Assembly (NCBI GenBank): GCA_031372565.1
Contig: JANMLN010000103.1
Coordinates: 1-24,549, forward strand
Direction of reading: 5' to 3'
Length of the DNA: 24,549 nucleotides
Origin: Gemmatimonadota bacterium
GTDB taxonomy: Bacteria; Gemmatimonadota; Gemmatimonadetes; Gemmatimonadales; Gemmatimonadaceae
Part shown: positions 1 through 8,729 of the stretch, piece after piece
Numbering within the stretch: the first letter of the stretch is position 1
How the letters are laid out: every line of letters starts with the position of its first letter
The notes under the pieces: generated by a model
Databases searched by the model: none
Seen by the model: only the letters and a program-made list of their open reading frames with translations
Told to the model about the DNA's origin: nothing
Position numbers and translations under genes: made by a program

Positions 1-141
1 TATCCGCAGAGCCGCGTCACCGACCACCGGATCGGGTTCCAGACGCACAACCTGAGCGGCGTGATGGACGGCGACATCGGGGAGCTCATCGAGGCGCTCA
101 AGCTGGAAGACGTGGCGGAAAAGCTCGGCGGCGGCGAGTAG
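1..141 (+). CDS. prfA: Peptide chain release factor 1, C-terminal fragment (truncated by window edge)
   Basis: Frame 1 translates [46 protein letters not shown] (TAG 139-141). This contains the RF1 signature YPQxRVTDHRI...DG, and the gene lies directly upstream of prmC. Not in the ORF track. Confidence 0.95.
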   Translation, partial: YPQSRVTDHRIGFQTHNLSGVMDGDIGELIEALKLEDVAEKLGGGE

Positions 142-153
142 CGGGCAACGGGC

Positions 154-1020
154 GTGATTGCCGCGCGCGCCCTCGTCATCGAACTCTCACGCCCGCTCGA
201 CGCGGCGGGTGTCGATGCGCCGCATCGAGAAGCGCGCGACCTCGTGGCCGCCGCGGCCGGTGCGCCGCGTCTCTGGCCGTCGACCGAGCCCAACGCCCCC
301 ATTCCCGACGAGGTCGCGGATCGCGCCCGGGCGTGGGCGCGCCGCCGCGCTGCGGGGGAGCCGTTCCAGTACGTCGTCGGCGAGGCCCCGTTTCGCCACC
401 TGGTGCTCGCGGTCGACCGGCGTGTGCTCATTCCGCGACCCGAAACGGAGTTTCTGGTGGAGCGGGTGCTCGCGCGCGTGAGCGCCGGGGCGTTGGCCGT
501 GGATATCGGCACCGGCTCCGGAGCCATCGCGCTGGCGCTGGCGAGCGAGGGAAACTTCGCACGCGTGATCGCGACGGATCGTTCGCGCGATGCGCTCGAT
601 GTCGCCGCCGCGAACGCGGGCCGGTGCCGTGCCGCGCTCCGTGCGCCCCTCGAGTTCCGGGAGGGCGACCTGCTGGCGCCGGTGGCAGGCGAGCGGGCCA
701 CCGTGCTTGTCTCCAATCCGCCGTATATTGCCGAGGCGGAGATGGCACAGTTGCCGGCGCTGGTTCGGGACTGGGAGCCGCACCTCGCGCTCGTCAGCGC
801 GAATGATGGTCTTGCCGCCACGGCGGCGATCGTGCGGGATGCGGCGGACCACTTGGAGGCACACGGGTGGCTGGCGCTGGAGGTGGATGAACGACGTGCG
901 GAGCGTGTGGCCGCACTGATCGCGGCGACCGGGGCATTCGCTCCCGCGAGCATCGAGCACGACCTCACGGGGCGCGCCCGCTTCGTGATGGCGCAGGCCC
1001 TCGGGCCGCAGGCGACCTGA
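154..1020 (+). CDS. prmC: Release factor glutamine N5-methyltransferase PrmC/HemK
   Basis: RRAAGEPFQY, VLIPRPETE, SAM-binding DIGTGSGAIA and catalytic SNPPY motifs; follows prfA. GTG start. Confidence 0.96.
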   Translation: MIAARALVIELSRPLDAAGVDAPHREARDLVAAAAGAPRLWPSTEPNAPIPDEVADRARAWARRRAAGEPFQYVVGEAPFRHLVLAVDRRVLIPRPETEFLVERVLARVSAGALAVDIGTGSGAIALALASEGNFARVIATDRSRDALDVAAANAGRCRAALRAPLEFREGDLLAPVAGERATVLVSNPPYIAEAEMAQLPALVRDWEPHLALVSANDGLAATAAIVRDAADHLEAHGWLALEVDERRAERVAALIAATGAFAPASIEHDLTGRARFVMAQALGPQAT

Positions 1021-1033
1021 ACTGGAGCGTCAT

Positions 1034-1387
1034 GTGTTGGAAGAAAAGGCGAAGGAACTCGGACGGATCATCGGACAGAGCGGTGAGTATCAGACGGTCA
1101 AGCGCTCCACCGACGCGCTCAACGGTGATGCCGCGGCCATGAAGCTGCTGGCGCGTCTCGAGGAGCTGCGGGCCGAGGCCGGGCAGTTGATGCAGCAGGG
1201 GCAGCAGCCCACCGAGGAGATGGAGCGCGAACTCGACACGTTGCTCGGGACCGTGCAGTCGAATCCCCTCTACCAGCGCGCCGTCGCCGCCCAGGAGAAC
1301 TTCGACAAGATCATGTACCAGGTGAACAACTGGATCCTCGAAGGGATCAAGAAGGGATCGGTCAGCAGCATCATCACGCTGGGATAG
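1034..1387 (+). CDS. YlbF/YmcA/YheA-like (Com_YlbF) helical protein
   Basis: 117 aa, all-helical pattern EKAKELGRIIGQSGEYQ...NPLYQRAVAAQENFDKIMYQVNNWI typical of the family. GGAG RBS at 1024-1027 before the GTG start. Confidence 0.8.
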   Translation: MLEEKAKELGRIIGQSGEYQTVKRSTDALNGDAAAMKLLARLEELRAEAGQLMQQGQQPTEEMERELDTLLGTVQSNPLYQRAVAAQENFDKIMYQVNNWILEGIKKGSVSSIITLG

Positions 1388-1395
1388 GAGCGCGC

Positions 1396-2052
1396 ATGGG
1401 GGGTCGGCTGATCGTGCTGGAGGGGGTCGAGGGGGCGGGCAAGACGACGCAGGTGCGTCGGCTTGCGGCAGCGCTCGCGGCACTCTCGCTGCCGGTCCTG
1501 ACGGTGCGCGAGCCCGGGCAGACGCCGATCGGGGATCAGGTGCGCACGATGCTGCTGCATCAGGACTACGAGATGGCGCCTCGGACCGAAGCACTGCTCT
1601 ACATGGCGTCGCGCGCCGAGCTCTGTGAGCGCGTGGTGCGTCCGGCCCTGGCCGAGGGCACGATCGTCATTGCCGACCGCTTCTTCCTCTCGACCTACGC
1701 GTATCAGGCAGCGGGGCGTGGTCTTCCCGAAGCTGAAGTGCGTGCGGCCAACGGTTTCGCCACCAATGGACTGCGCCCCGATCTGACGGTGCTGCTCGAC
1801 CTCACCCCCGCCGAGGGGCTGCGACGCGCAGCGCTGCGCGCAGCGCACGACCGGATCGAGCGCGCGAGTGCCGATTTCCACGCCCGCGTGGCCGAGGCGT
1901 TCGCGCGGTCGGCGGAGCGTGAATGGCAGCGGACGCATCCGGAAGTCGGTCCCATTGCCGTGGTCGATGCCGTCGGCTCCGAAGTCGACGTGTTCGCGCG
2001 CGTGTGGGCCGCGGTCGAGCGCGTGGTCACGAACGCGGCAGGGGTGAGCTGA
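1396..2052 (+). CDS. tmk: Thymidylate kinase (dTMP kinase)
   Basis: P-loop EGVEGAGKTTQ, REPG, DRFFLSTYAYQ and PDLTVLLD motifs. AGGAG RBS upstream. Confidence 0.96.
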   Translation: MGGRLIVLEGVEGAGKTTQVRRLAAALAALSLPVLTVREPGQTPIGDQVRTMLLHQDYEMAPRTEALLYMASRAELCERVVRPALAEGTIVIADRFFLSTYAYQAAGRGLPEAEVRAANGFATNGLRPDLTVLLDLTPAEGLRRAALRAAHDRIERASADFHARVAEAFARSAEREWQRTHPEVGPIAVVDAVGSEVDVFARVWAAVERVVTNAAGVS

Positions 2053-3632
2053 TGCGGGGCCGGCTGCTGCTGAGTTCGACGGTCTTCGGGGTCGCGCTGG
2101 TCTCGGGCGGCTGGTTCGTGCAGCGGGGCATCACGCCGCGCGAGAGCGCCGTCGCACGAACACGATTGCTCGACGACGTGATGGCCAAGGTGCGCGACGC
2201 CTACGTCGATCCGTTGGCCGACAGCATCATCTACCGGCACACGGTCGAAGGGATGCTCAAGCAGCTGCGCGATCCGCACTCGACCTACCTCTCGCCGGAG
2301 CGGTTGCAGCGGTTGATGGAGCGCACGCAAGCCAACTATGCGGGGATCGGTCTTTCGGTCGACATCCGCGACGGGTGGCCCACCGTCTTGTCGATCTTCC
2401 CCGGCTCGCCCGCCGAGCGGAGCGGTGTGGAGATCGGTGACCGGATCGTGGAGGTGAAGGGGCAGGGAACGCGCGGATGGACGGTGGACGAGACGGTGCG
2501 CGCCGTGCGCGGCGCGCCGGGGACGACGGTGGCCATCGCCATCGAGCGGCCGGGGATGGCGTCGCGCATTCCGCTCACGGTTGCGCGCGAGGCGATCCAC
2601 GTGCGTGCGGTGCGGCGCACCATCATGCTGCCCGGAAGCATCGGCTACCTCGACGTGAACGAGTTCAGCGAGGTCGTCACCGCGGAGTTGGCGGCGGCGG
2701 TCGATTCGCTCGTGAAGCAGGGCATGACCGGACTGGTGCTCGACCTGCGGGGGAATCCGGGTGGCTTGCTCGATCAGGGCGTGGCCGTGGCGGACCTGTT
2801 CCTTGATCCGGGTCAGGCGATCGTCACGGTCCGCGCGCGTGGTGCCGAGGGGACGCGTGTCTTCGCGGACGAGAAGGTCCAACCGTGGCCGACCCTCCCG
2901 ATCGTCGTGCTCGTCAACGGCGGCAGCGCGAGCGCGTCGGAGATCGTGGCGGGGGCACTGCAGGACCACGACCGGGCCGTCATCGTTGGCAGCCCGAGCT
3001 TCGGCAAGGGCAGTGCGCAGTCCGTCTTTCCGCTGACCACCGGCGGTGCGCTCAAGCTGACGACCGCGCGTTGGTTCACGCCGTCGGGACGCAGCATATC
3101 GAAGGCCTCGCGGCTGCCGCGCGATGAGGCATCGGATGACCCGGATGTCGCCGCCGACGACACGGTCGCGCGCTTCCGCACCGATGCCCAGCGCAAGGTG
3201 CGCGGCGGCGGCGGCATCTTGCCAGACGTGATCGTGGGCGATACGGCCGAGCCACCCGCGGAACGGGCATTGCAGCGCGCGTTGGGCGGCCAGGTGGCGA
3301 CGTTCCGCGATGCGATCGCCGATTTCGCGGCGACGCTCAAGGCGACGCACGGCCTCACCTCGCCCGACTTCGCGGTGACGGACGCGATGCGCGATCAGCT
3401 CTACGCGCGGATGCGCGCGCGTGGCCTCACGGTCGATCGGATCGTGTATGACAGCGCGCGCACGGTGGTGGGCGAGCTGTTGGGGGCCGAGGCCGCGCGG
3501 TACTCGTTCGGTGTGGACGCGATGTTTCGTCGACGGATGAACTCGGACCCCGTGCTGCAGCGCGCGACCCTGCTGTTGGCCGGGGTACGCGCGCCGAAAC
3601 AGCTACTGGAGCGCGCCACGTCGGGATCGTGA
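2052..3632 (+). CDS. S41A family carboxyl-terminal processing protease (PDZ + S41 domains)
   Basis: Likely start is ATG 2052 (TGATG overlap with the tmk stop), followed by a hydrophobic N-terminus. Motifs DPHSTY, PDZ GIGL...GSPAE, DLRGNPGGLL, catalytic SASASE and GKGSAQ. Confidence 0.93.
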   Translation: MRGRLLLSSTVFGVALVSGGWFVQRGITPRESAVARTRLLDDVMAKVRDAYVDPLADSIIYRHTVEGMLKQLRDPHSTYLSPERLQRLMERTQANYAGIGLSVDIRDGWPTVLSIFPGSPAERSGVEIGDRIVEVKGQGTRGWTVDETVRAVRGAPGTTVAIAIERPGMASRIPLTVAREAIHVRAVRRTIMLPGSIGYLDVNEFSEVVTAELAAAVDSLVKQGMTGLVLDLRGNPGGLLDQGVAVADLFLDPGQAIVTVRARGAEGTRVFADEKVQPWPTLPIVVLVNGGSASASEIVAGALQDHDRAVIVGSPSFGKGSAQSVFPLTTGGALKLTTARWFTPSGRSISKASRLPRDEASDDPDVAADDTVARFRTDAQRKVRGGGGILPDVIVGDTAEPPAERALQRALGGQVATFRDAIADFAATLKATHGLTSPDFAVTDAMRDQLYARMRARGLTVDRIVYDSARTVVGELLGAEAARYSFGVDAMFRRRMNSDPVLQRATLLLAGVRAPKQLLERATSGS

Positions 3633-3667
3633 ACGGCGCGAGGCCGCGGTCGCCTCATCGCGGAGGC

Positions 3668-5323
3668 TCACGCGTTCAACAGCCAGACCTCGCCGTCGCG
3701 ACGCACCTGCCCCTCGCGCTCGAACTGGAGCAGGTGGGCGGTGAGTGAGCGCTCGGCCAGTGCGTGCAGGACGGCCGGCGCATCGGCGTAGGCCAGTGGG
3801 ACGAGTTGCGACGCGGTGGCACGCGTCATGGTGCGGAGCGCCTCGAGCACCTTGGCCCCGCGCGCCAGACGGTGGCCGATCACGTCGCGCACGACGTCGT
3901 GCGGTCGAGCGATGAGGAAGCCGTGCCCGGGCGCGATCCAGTCGAGCTCGATCGCGAGCAGCGCCTCGAGTGATCGCAGATAGGCGGCCATGTCGCCGTC
4001 AGGCGGGTCGATGATGACCGTGCCGCCCTGCATCACGTGATCGCCGGCGAGCAGCGTGCGTTCCTCGACCAGCTGAAACGCGAGATGATTGGATGCGTGT
4101 CCGGGCGTGTGGATCACGCGCAGGGTGGTGGCCGGTCCGAGCGTGATCGTCTCGCCGCCACCGAGTTCAGCGCTCGGCGAGAAGGCGGGATCCTGATGCA
4201 CGGGGAAGCGGGGACGCATGCCGAGTACAGGTGCGCCCGTCTGCTGCGAGAGCGTGACCGCACCCGGCGAGTGATCCGGATGCGTGTGCGTCACGAGAAT
4301 GCGCTCGATCGGTCCCGGTGCGGCGTGCACGAGTGCCTCGAGATGCCGCGCGTCATCGGGTCCGGGATCCACCACGGTCCAGCGATTGATCTCGGGATCA
4401 CCGACGAGGTACGTGTTCGTGCCGGGACCTGTCATGACGCCGGGGTTTGGCGCCACGATCCGGATCAGGCGCGGCGAGAGCTGCACAGCACGACCGGCCA
4501 CGAGATCGCTGTACGCCGTGGCCGCACCGGTGGGGTCGAGCAGCGCGACTTCGTCGTAGGCCGGCTCGCCTGGCAACACGAAGCTCGGCCCCGCGCCCGT
4601 GCGTGCGCGGCGCGGAAAGATGCGATCGACACGCGGCAGTGCGCGCGCATACGCCAACGCCTCCTGCACCGAGCTGAAACGACGGAGCAGCATGAGGACG
4701 GCGCGCGTCACGGGCACGAGCGAGAGCGCGGTGGCCGGGTCGAGCGCCTCGAGGGGCGAGAGCCACATCACCCGCTGTGCCTCGCCCATGTCGGCGATGG
4801 CCGACTGCCCGTCGGGCGCGCGCGTGATGAAGAAGCGCGTGTCGAAGCGGCGGCCGGGGCCCAACGGGGTGAGCCAGTGGCTGAGGAGCGCCCAACCGGA
4901 GAGGTCGATCGAGAGGTCGAGTGCGTTGCACAGGGCGGCGAACGATTGTTCGCCGCGTTGCAGCGGCCCACGCCACTCGGCGTGTGCGCGCGCATGCTGG
5001 TCGGGGGTGGCAATGCGCGCGAAGAGCAGGCCGACCTCCTCGAAGGATTCGCGCACGGCGGCAACGAAGTGGTCGAGACCGCCCTCGGGGAGCTGGAGCC
5101 GCCGGCTGGCCTCGGCATCCGTGAGGTTCACCACGAATGCGTGCGCGCGCCGATCGTCGGCGTTCACGACGCCACCGGGAAAGACCGCGGCGCCGCTCCA
5201 CGGGTCGCCGTCGCGCACCGCGCGCGTCAGCATCAGGACCTCGATGCCGCCCGCGGGTCGATCACGCAGCACGATGACGGAGGCGGCTTGGCGCGCGCCG
5301 GCAAGGATGTCGACGCTGGTCAC
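3668..5323 (-). CDS. Nudix hydrolase (NUDT19-like, split Nudix box) fused to a LACTB2-like MBL-fold hydrolase with C-terminal winged helix
   Basis: N-terminal half: AASVIVLRD, VFPGG...AAVRESFEEVG, HWLTP..RRFDTRFF. C-terminal half: APNPGVMTGPGTNTY, THTHPDH, HTPGH, GDH, PGHG. Confidence 0.88.
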   Translation of the reverse strand: MTSVDILAGARQAASVIVLRDRPAGGIEVLMLTRAVRDGDPWSGAAVFPGGVVNADDRRAHAFVVNLTDAEASRRLQLPEGGLDHFVAAVRESFEEVGLLFARIATPDQHARAHAEWRGPLQRGEQSFAALCNALDLSIDLSGWALLSHWLTPLGPGRRFDTRFFITRAPDGQSAIADMGEAQRVMWLSPLEALDPATALSLVPVTRAVLMLLRRFSSVQEALAYARALPRVDRIFPRRARTGAGPSFVLPGEPAYDEVALLDPTGAATAYSDLVAGRAVQLSPRLIRIVAPNPGVMTGPGTNTYLVGDPEINRWTVVDPGPDDARHLEALVHAAPGPIERILVTHTHPDHSPGAVTLSQQTGAPVLGMRPRFPVHQDPAFSPSAELGGGETITLGPATTLRVIHTPGHASNHLAFQLVEERTLLAGDHVMQGGTVIIDPPDGDMAAYLRSLEALLAIELDWIAPGHGFLIARPHDVVRDVIGHRLARGAKVLEALRTMTRATASQLVPLAYADAPAVLHALAERSLTAHLLQFEREGQVRRDGEVWLLNA

Positions 5324-5417
5324 GCGTGGAATGGGCTGGCGAGGGCGGGCACGCGGGAAGGCTAGCCGCCGCTCGCGGTGGCGTCCAATGTCCTCCGGGC
5401 GCCGCGCTGCCGTCGCG

Positions 5418-5915
5418 CTATCGTCCGCCGCGTGGCGTGCCCGGCGCGCGACCCGGAACGGGCGGCGCGGGCAGCGTGTCGGGCCACGAGGCCGTGACCG
5501 CGATGCGCATGCCCTGCGGCGTCCGTACGAAGGTGCGCATCGAGATGCCGGTGGTCGCCTTGCCGGCGTTCACGCCGATGTAGCGGTACCAGCCGTAGAC
5601 AAGTCCGGGTGCGATCGGCCGCACGGTCAACTCACGCACGATGAGCGTGTCGGGCCACCCGCCCACCTGCGTTCGCGCGCTCCAGCCATCCCACCCGGTC
5701 TCGATGTCACGCAGCCCGTGCCGCGTGAGGCGATCGGTCTGGAGGTAGGTGGCGAGGTAGCGCGGCCGGTCGTGCTTGTGGATGGCGTCGAGGTTGTCGC
5801 GGAAGACGGTGATGGCGTCGGCCGAGTCGGCGGCGAGCGTGGTCCGACCCTGGGCCCCCGCAGCGGCCGGCAGTGCCGCGAGGAGGCACGAGAGAAACAG
5901 CGTGAGTGAGCGCAT
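5418..5915 (-). CDS. Secreted NTF2/SnoaL-like (DUF4440-type) protein
   Basis: Signal peptide MRSLTLFLSCLLAALPAAAGA-Q, then helix followed by beta strands ending SMRTFVRTPQGMRIAVTAS, typical of the NTF2-like fold. Pro-rich tail. Confidence 0.65.
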   Translation of the reverse strand: MRSLTLFLSCLLAALPAAAGAQGRTTLAADSADAITVFRDNLDAIHKHDRPRYLATYLQTDRLTRHGLRDIETGWDGWSARTQVGGWPDTLIVRELTVRPIAPGLVYGWYRYIGVNAGKATTGISMRTFVRTPQGMRIAVTASWPDTLPAPPVPGRAPGTPRGGR

Positions 5916-5992
5916 GGGTATACCGTGCGGCGTGTGAGCTCACCGCGCAAGTGGTGCGCGGCCGAATTCCATCGCGGTCCCGCGGGCCATGC

Positions 5993-6026
5993 CCGTGACC
6001 GTGCCGTGACGAACGGGCTCCAGATT
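5993..6026. promoter_or_regulatory. Candidate PhoB/OmpR-type direct-repeat box with weak -10 upstream of pstS
   Basis: CCGTGAC at 5993-5999 and 6004-6010 (11-bp period; GTCAC cores on the - strand). CAGATT lies 10 bp downstream at 6021-6026. Confidence 0.45.
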
Positions 6027-6034
6027 CTGGCCGC

Positions 6035-6886
6035 ATGGGTACGGTCGAGTCCTCGCCTTCGGTTCGCGCCTCGCGGTGCCGCGCTGCCCGGTTTGCCCGC
6101 ACCTTCGCGTGTGTTCTCGCGGTGACGCTGCCCGGAGCATGCCGGCAGGCCGACGCGGCCCGCTCGGGCGTCACCCTCGCCGGTTCGACCTCGGTACAAC
6201 CATTCGCCGAACGATGGGCCGAGGAGTACACCGGCGGACTCGTGACGGTGCAGTCTGGTGGATCCACCGCGGGCATCAAGGCGGTTCACGACGGCACGGC
6301 ACAGGTGGGCATGAGTTCACGTGCGTTGCATCCGGAGGAGCGCACCGGACTCGTCGAGACGGTCGTGGCGTATGATGCGGTCGCGGTGATCGTGCATGCC
6401 ACCAACCCCGTCTCGTCGCTGAGCATCGCGCAGTTGCGGGCCATCTACGCGGGTCAGCTTCGTTTCTGGTCCGAGGTGGGTGGCCCACACCGCCCGATCA
6501 CCGTCATCACGCGCGAGGAGGGCTCGGGCACACGCGAGACGTTCGAGCACAAGGTGATGGGCACCTCGCGCATCCGCACCGATGCGCTCGTCACGGCGTA
6601 CCAGGGCGGATTGCGCAAGATGGTCGCGGAGGATCGTGACGCGATCGGGTACTTGAGCCTGAGCCGCGTGACCGCCGGCACGAAGCCACTCGCACTTGAT
6701 GGCATCGTGCCGTCGGAGAGCTCCGTGGCGCGCGCCGCGTATCCGCTGAGCCGCCCGTTTCTCTTCCTGACTCGCGGGACACCGGGCGACGCGACCGCCG
6801 CGTTCCTGCGCTACGTGACATCGACCGCCGGTCAGGCGCTCGCACGCGAAGAGGGACTTGTCCCGATCATGACGGCGGCGCCATGA
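6035..6886 (+). CDS. pstS: Phosphate ABC transporter substrate-binding lipoprotein (short PstS type)
   Basis: AGSTSVQP, QSGGSTAG, GMSSR, REEGSGTRETF, AIGY and YPLSRPF motifs. Lipobox-like LPGAC. Exact start uncertain. Confidence 0.9.
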   Translation: MGTVESSPSVRASRCRAARFARTFACVLAVTLPGACRQADAARSGVTLAGSTSVQPFAERWAEEYTGGLVTVQSGGSTAGIKAVHDGTAQVGMSSRALHPEERTGLVETVVAYDAVAVIVHATNPVSSLSIAQLRAIYAGQLRFWSEVGGPHRPITVITREEGSGTRETFEHKVMGTSRIRTDALVTAYQGGLRKMVAEDRDAIGYLSLSRVTAGTKPLALDGIVPSESSVARAAYPLSRPFLFLTRGTPGDATAAFLRYVTSTAGQALAREEGLVPIMTAAP

Positions 6887-7845
6887 GGCTTCCGGAGCGG
6901 GTCATCGAACGGATGTTGCTCGCGGCGGCGCTGTCGTCGGTGGCGGGGCTCACCCTCATCGCGCTGTACATCGCACGCGAGGGGCTGCCCGTGGTGTTCG
7001 ACGCCGGCGTCGGCACCTTCCTCGCCAGCGGCACCTGGGCGCCGACGCGCGGCGAGTACGGGCTGCTGCCGATGATCGCCGGTTCGGCGGTCCTCACCGT
7101 CGGTGCGCTCGCCCTCGGGCTGCCGCTCGGTCTCGGCTGTGCCATCACGCTTGCGGAGTTGGCGCCACCGCGCGTACGCGCGATCCTCAAGCCGACCATC
7201 GAACTGCTCGCCGGCATTCCCTCGGTGGTCTACGGCTTCATCGGGATGGAGGTGCTGGTGCCCGTCATTCGCGATACGCCGTGGCTTGGTGGTCCGGGGT
7301 ACTCGGTGCTCGCGGCGAGCATCGTGCTGGCCGTCATGGTGCTGCCGACCGTGATCGGTATTTCGATCGACGCGATCGAAGCGGTGCCGCGCACCTACCG
7401 CGAAGGGGCGCGTGCGCTCGGCGCGACACAATGGCAGACGATCACCGGCGTGGTACTCCCGGCGGCGCGGTCGGGCATCGTGGCAGCCGCGATCCTCGGC
7501 ATGGGTCGCGCCGTCGGGGAGACGATGGCCGTGATCATGGTCGCGGGGAACGCGGTGCAGCTGCCCGGCTCGTTGCTCGATCCGGTGCGCACGCTGACGA
7601 CGAACATCGCACTCGAGATGGGCTATGCGAGCGGCGCGCACGCGCAGGCGCTCTTTGCCACGGGGATCGTCCTGTTCGTGATCATCATGGCGCTGAATGC
7701 GCTGGCGGGGCTCGCGCGCGGGCAGGTGCGCGAGCGGCTGCGCGTCACTCCGGACTCCCGGTCCGGGGCTGCGCCCAAGCGGAAGCGACGTGAACGCGTG
7801 GTACCCGACGCGCGCGGTCCCATGCCACCGTTGGCGGGCGCGTGA
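6883..7845 (+). CDS. pstC: Phosphate ABC transporter permease PstC
   Basis: ELLAGIPSVVYG, EAA loop REGARALGATQWQT, GRAVGETMAVIMVAGN and RTLTTNIALE motifs. ATGA overlap with pstS. Confidence 0.95.
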   Translation: MRLPERVIERMLLAAALSSVAGLTLIALYIAREGLPVVFDAGVGTFLASGTWAPTRGEYGLLPMIAGSAVLTVGALALGLPLGLGCAITLAELAPPRVRAILKPTIELLAGIPSVVYGFIGMEVLVPVIRDTPWLGGPGYSVLAASIVLAVMVLPTVIGISIDAIEAVPRTYREGARALGATQWQTITGVVLPAARSGIVAAAILGMGRAVGETMAVIMVAGNAVQLPGSLLDPVRTLTTNIALEMGYASGAHAQALFATGIVLFVIIMALNALAGLARGQVRERLRVTPDSRSGAAPKRKRRERVVPDARGPMPPLAGA

Positions 7846-8729
7846 TGGCCCCGCACCCCCCGGCCAGCGCCGCCACCGGTGAGACGAGCAGCACGGCGGC
7901 CGCGCGCCTGATGCATCGCGTCGCCATCACGTTGCTCTGGAGCGGGACGATCGGGACGGTGGGGATTCTGGTGTTCATGGTGCTCTTCGTCTTCGTGCGC
8001 GGATTGCCCCACGTCACGCCGCACTTTCTGCTCGGCGCACCGGAGCGCGCGGGCGCTGCGGGCGGCATCTTCCCGACGATCGTGGCGACGCTGTACGTGA
8101 CCGCGATCGGCGTGTTCGTGGCAACGCCGCTCGGGGTCGGCGCGGCGATTCACCTGGCGGAGTACACCCGGGAGGGGCGGCTCACGCGCCTGATCCGCAG
8201 CGGGACCGAGAGTCTCGCCGGCATCCCGTCGATCATCTTCGGCCTCTTCGGCTTCGCGTTCTTCGTCACGCAACTGGGTCTCGGCTGGTCGATGCTCTCG
8301 GGCGGGCTCACCCTCGCGCTCATGATCCTCCCGACGATCATTCGCACGAGCGAGGAGGCGCTCAAGGCCGTGCCCCGCGAGTATCGCGAGGTCGCACAAT
8401 CGCTCGGTGCGTCCAAATGGCAGGCGATCGTGCGCGCGGTGCTGCCCTCGGCGTCGCCGGGCATCCTCACCGGGGTCATCCTCGGTGTCGGGCGTGCCGT
8501 GAGCGAGACCGCCGCGCTGATCTTCACGATGGGCGTGGCGCTTCGTGTTCCGACGTCGCTCTTCGATTCGGGGCGCTCGATGAGCGTGCATTTCTACACG
8601 CTGACGATGGAGGGCATCTCGGACACGATGGCGTATGCCACCGCGAGCGTGCTGGTGGTCACGATCCTCGTGATCAACAGCGCGGCCTACGCGCTGCTCG
8701 CGCACGTGACGCGTCAGCACCGCGCATGA
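7845..8729 (+). CDS. pstA: Phosphate ABC transporter permease PstA
   Basis: GGIFPTI, LAEY, LAGIPSIIFGLFG, LPTIIRTSEEAL and GRAVSETAAL motifs. ATG 7845 overlaps the pstC stop (TGATG). Confidence 0.95.
   Translation: MAPHPPASAATGETSSTAAARLMHRVAITLLWSGTIGTVGILVFMVLFVFVRGLPHVTPHFLLGAPERAGAAGGIFPTIVATLYVTAIGVFVATPLGVGAAIHLAEYTREGRLTRLIRSGTESLAGIPSIIFGLFGFAFFVTQLGLGWSMLSGGLTLALMILPTIIRTSEEALKAVPREYREVAQSLGASKWQAIVRAVLPSASPGILTGVILGVGRAVSETAALIFTMGVALRVPTSLFDSGRSMSVHFYTLTMEGISDTMAYATASVLVVTILVINSAAYALLAHVTRQHRA

Noticed and set aside
5917..5924. GGTATACC palindrome next to the NTF2-like start codon
   Set aside because: Only 8 bp, and too close to the ATG to serve as a -10. There is no independent support.
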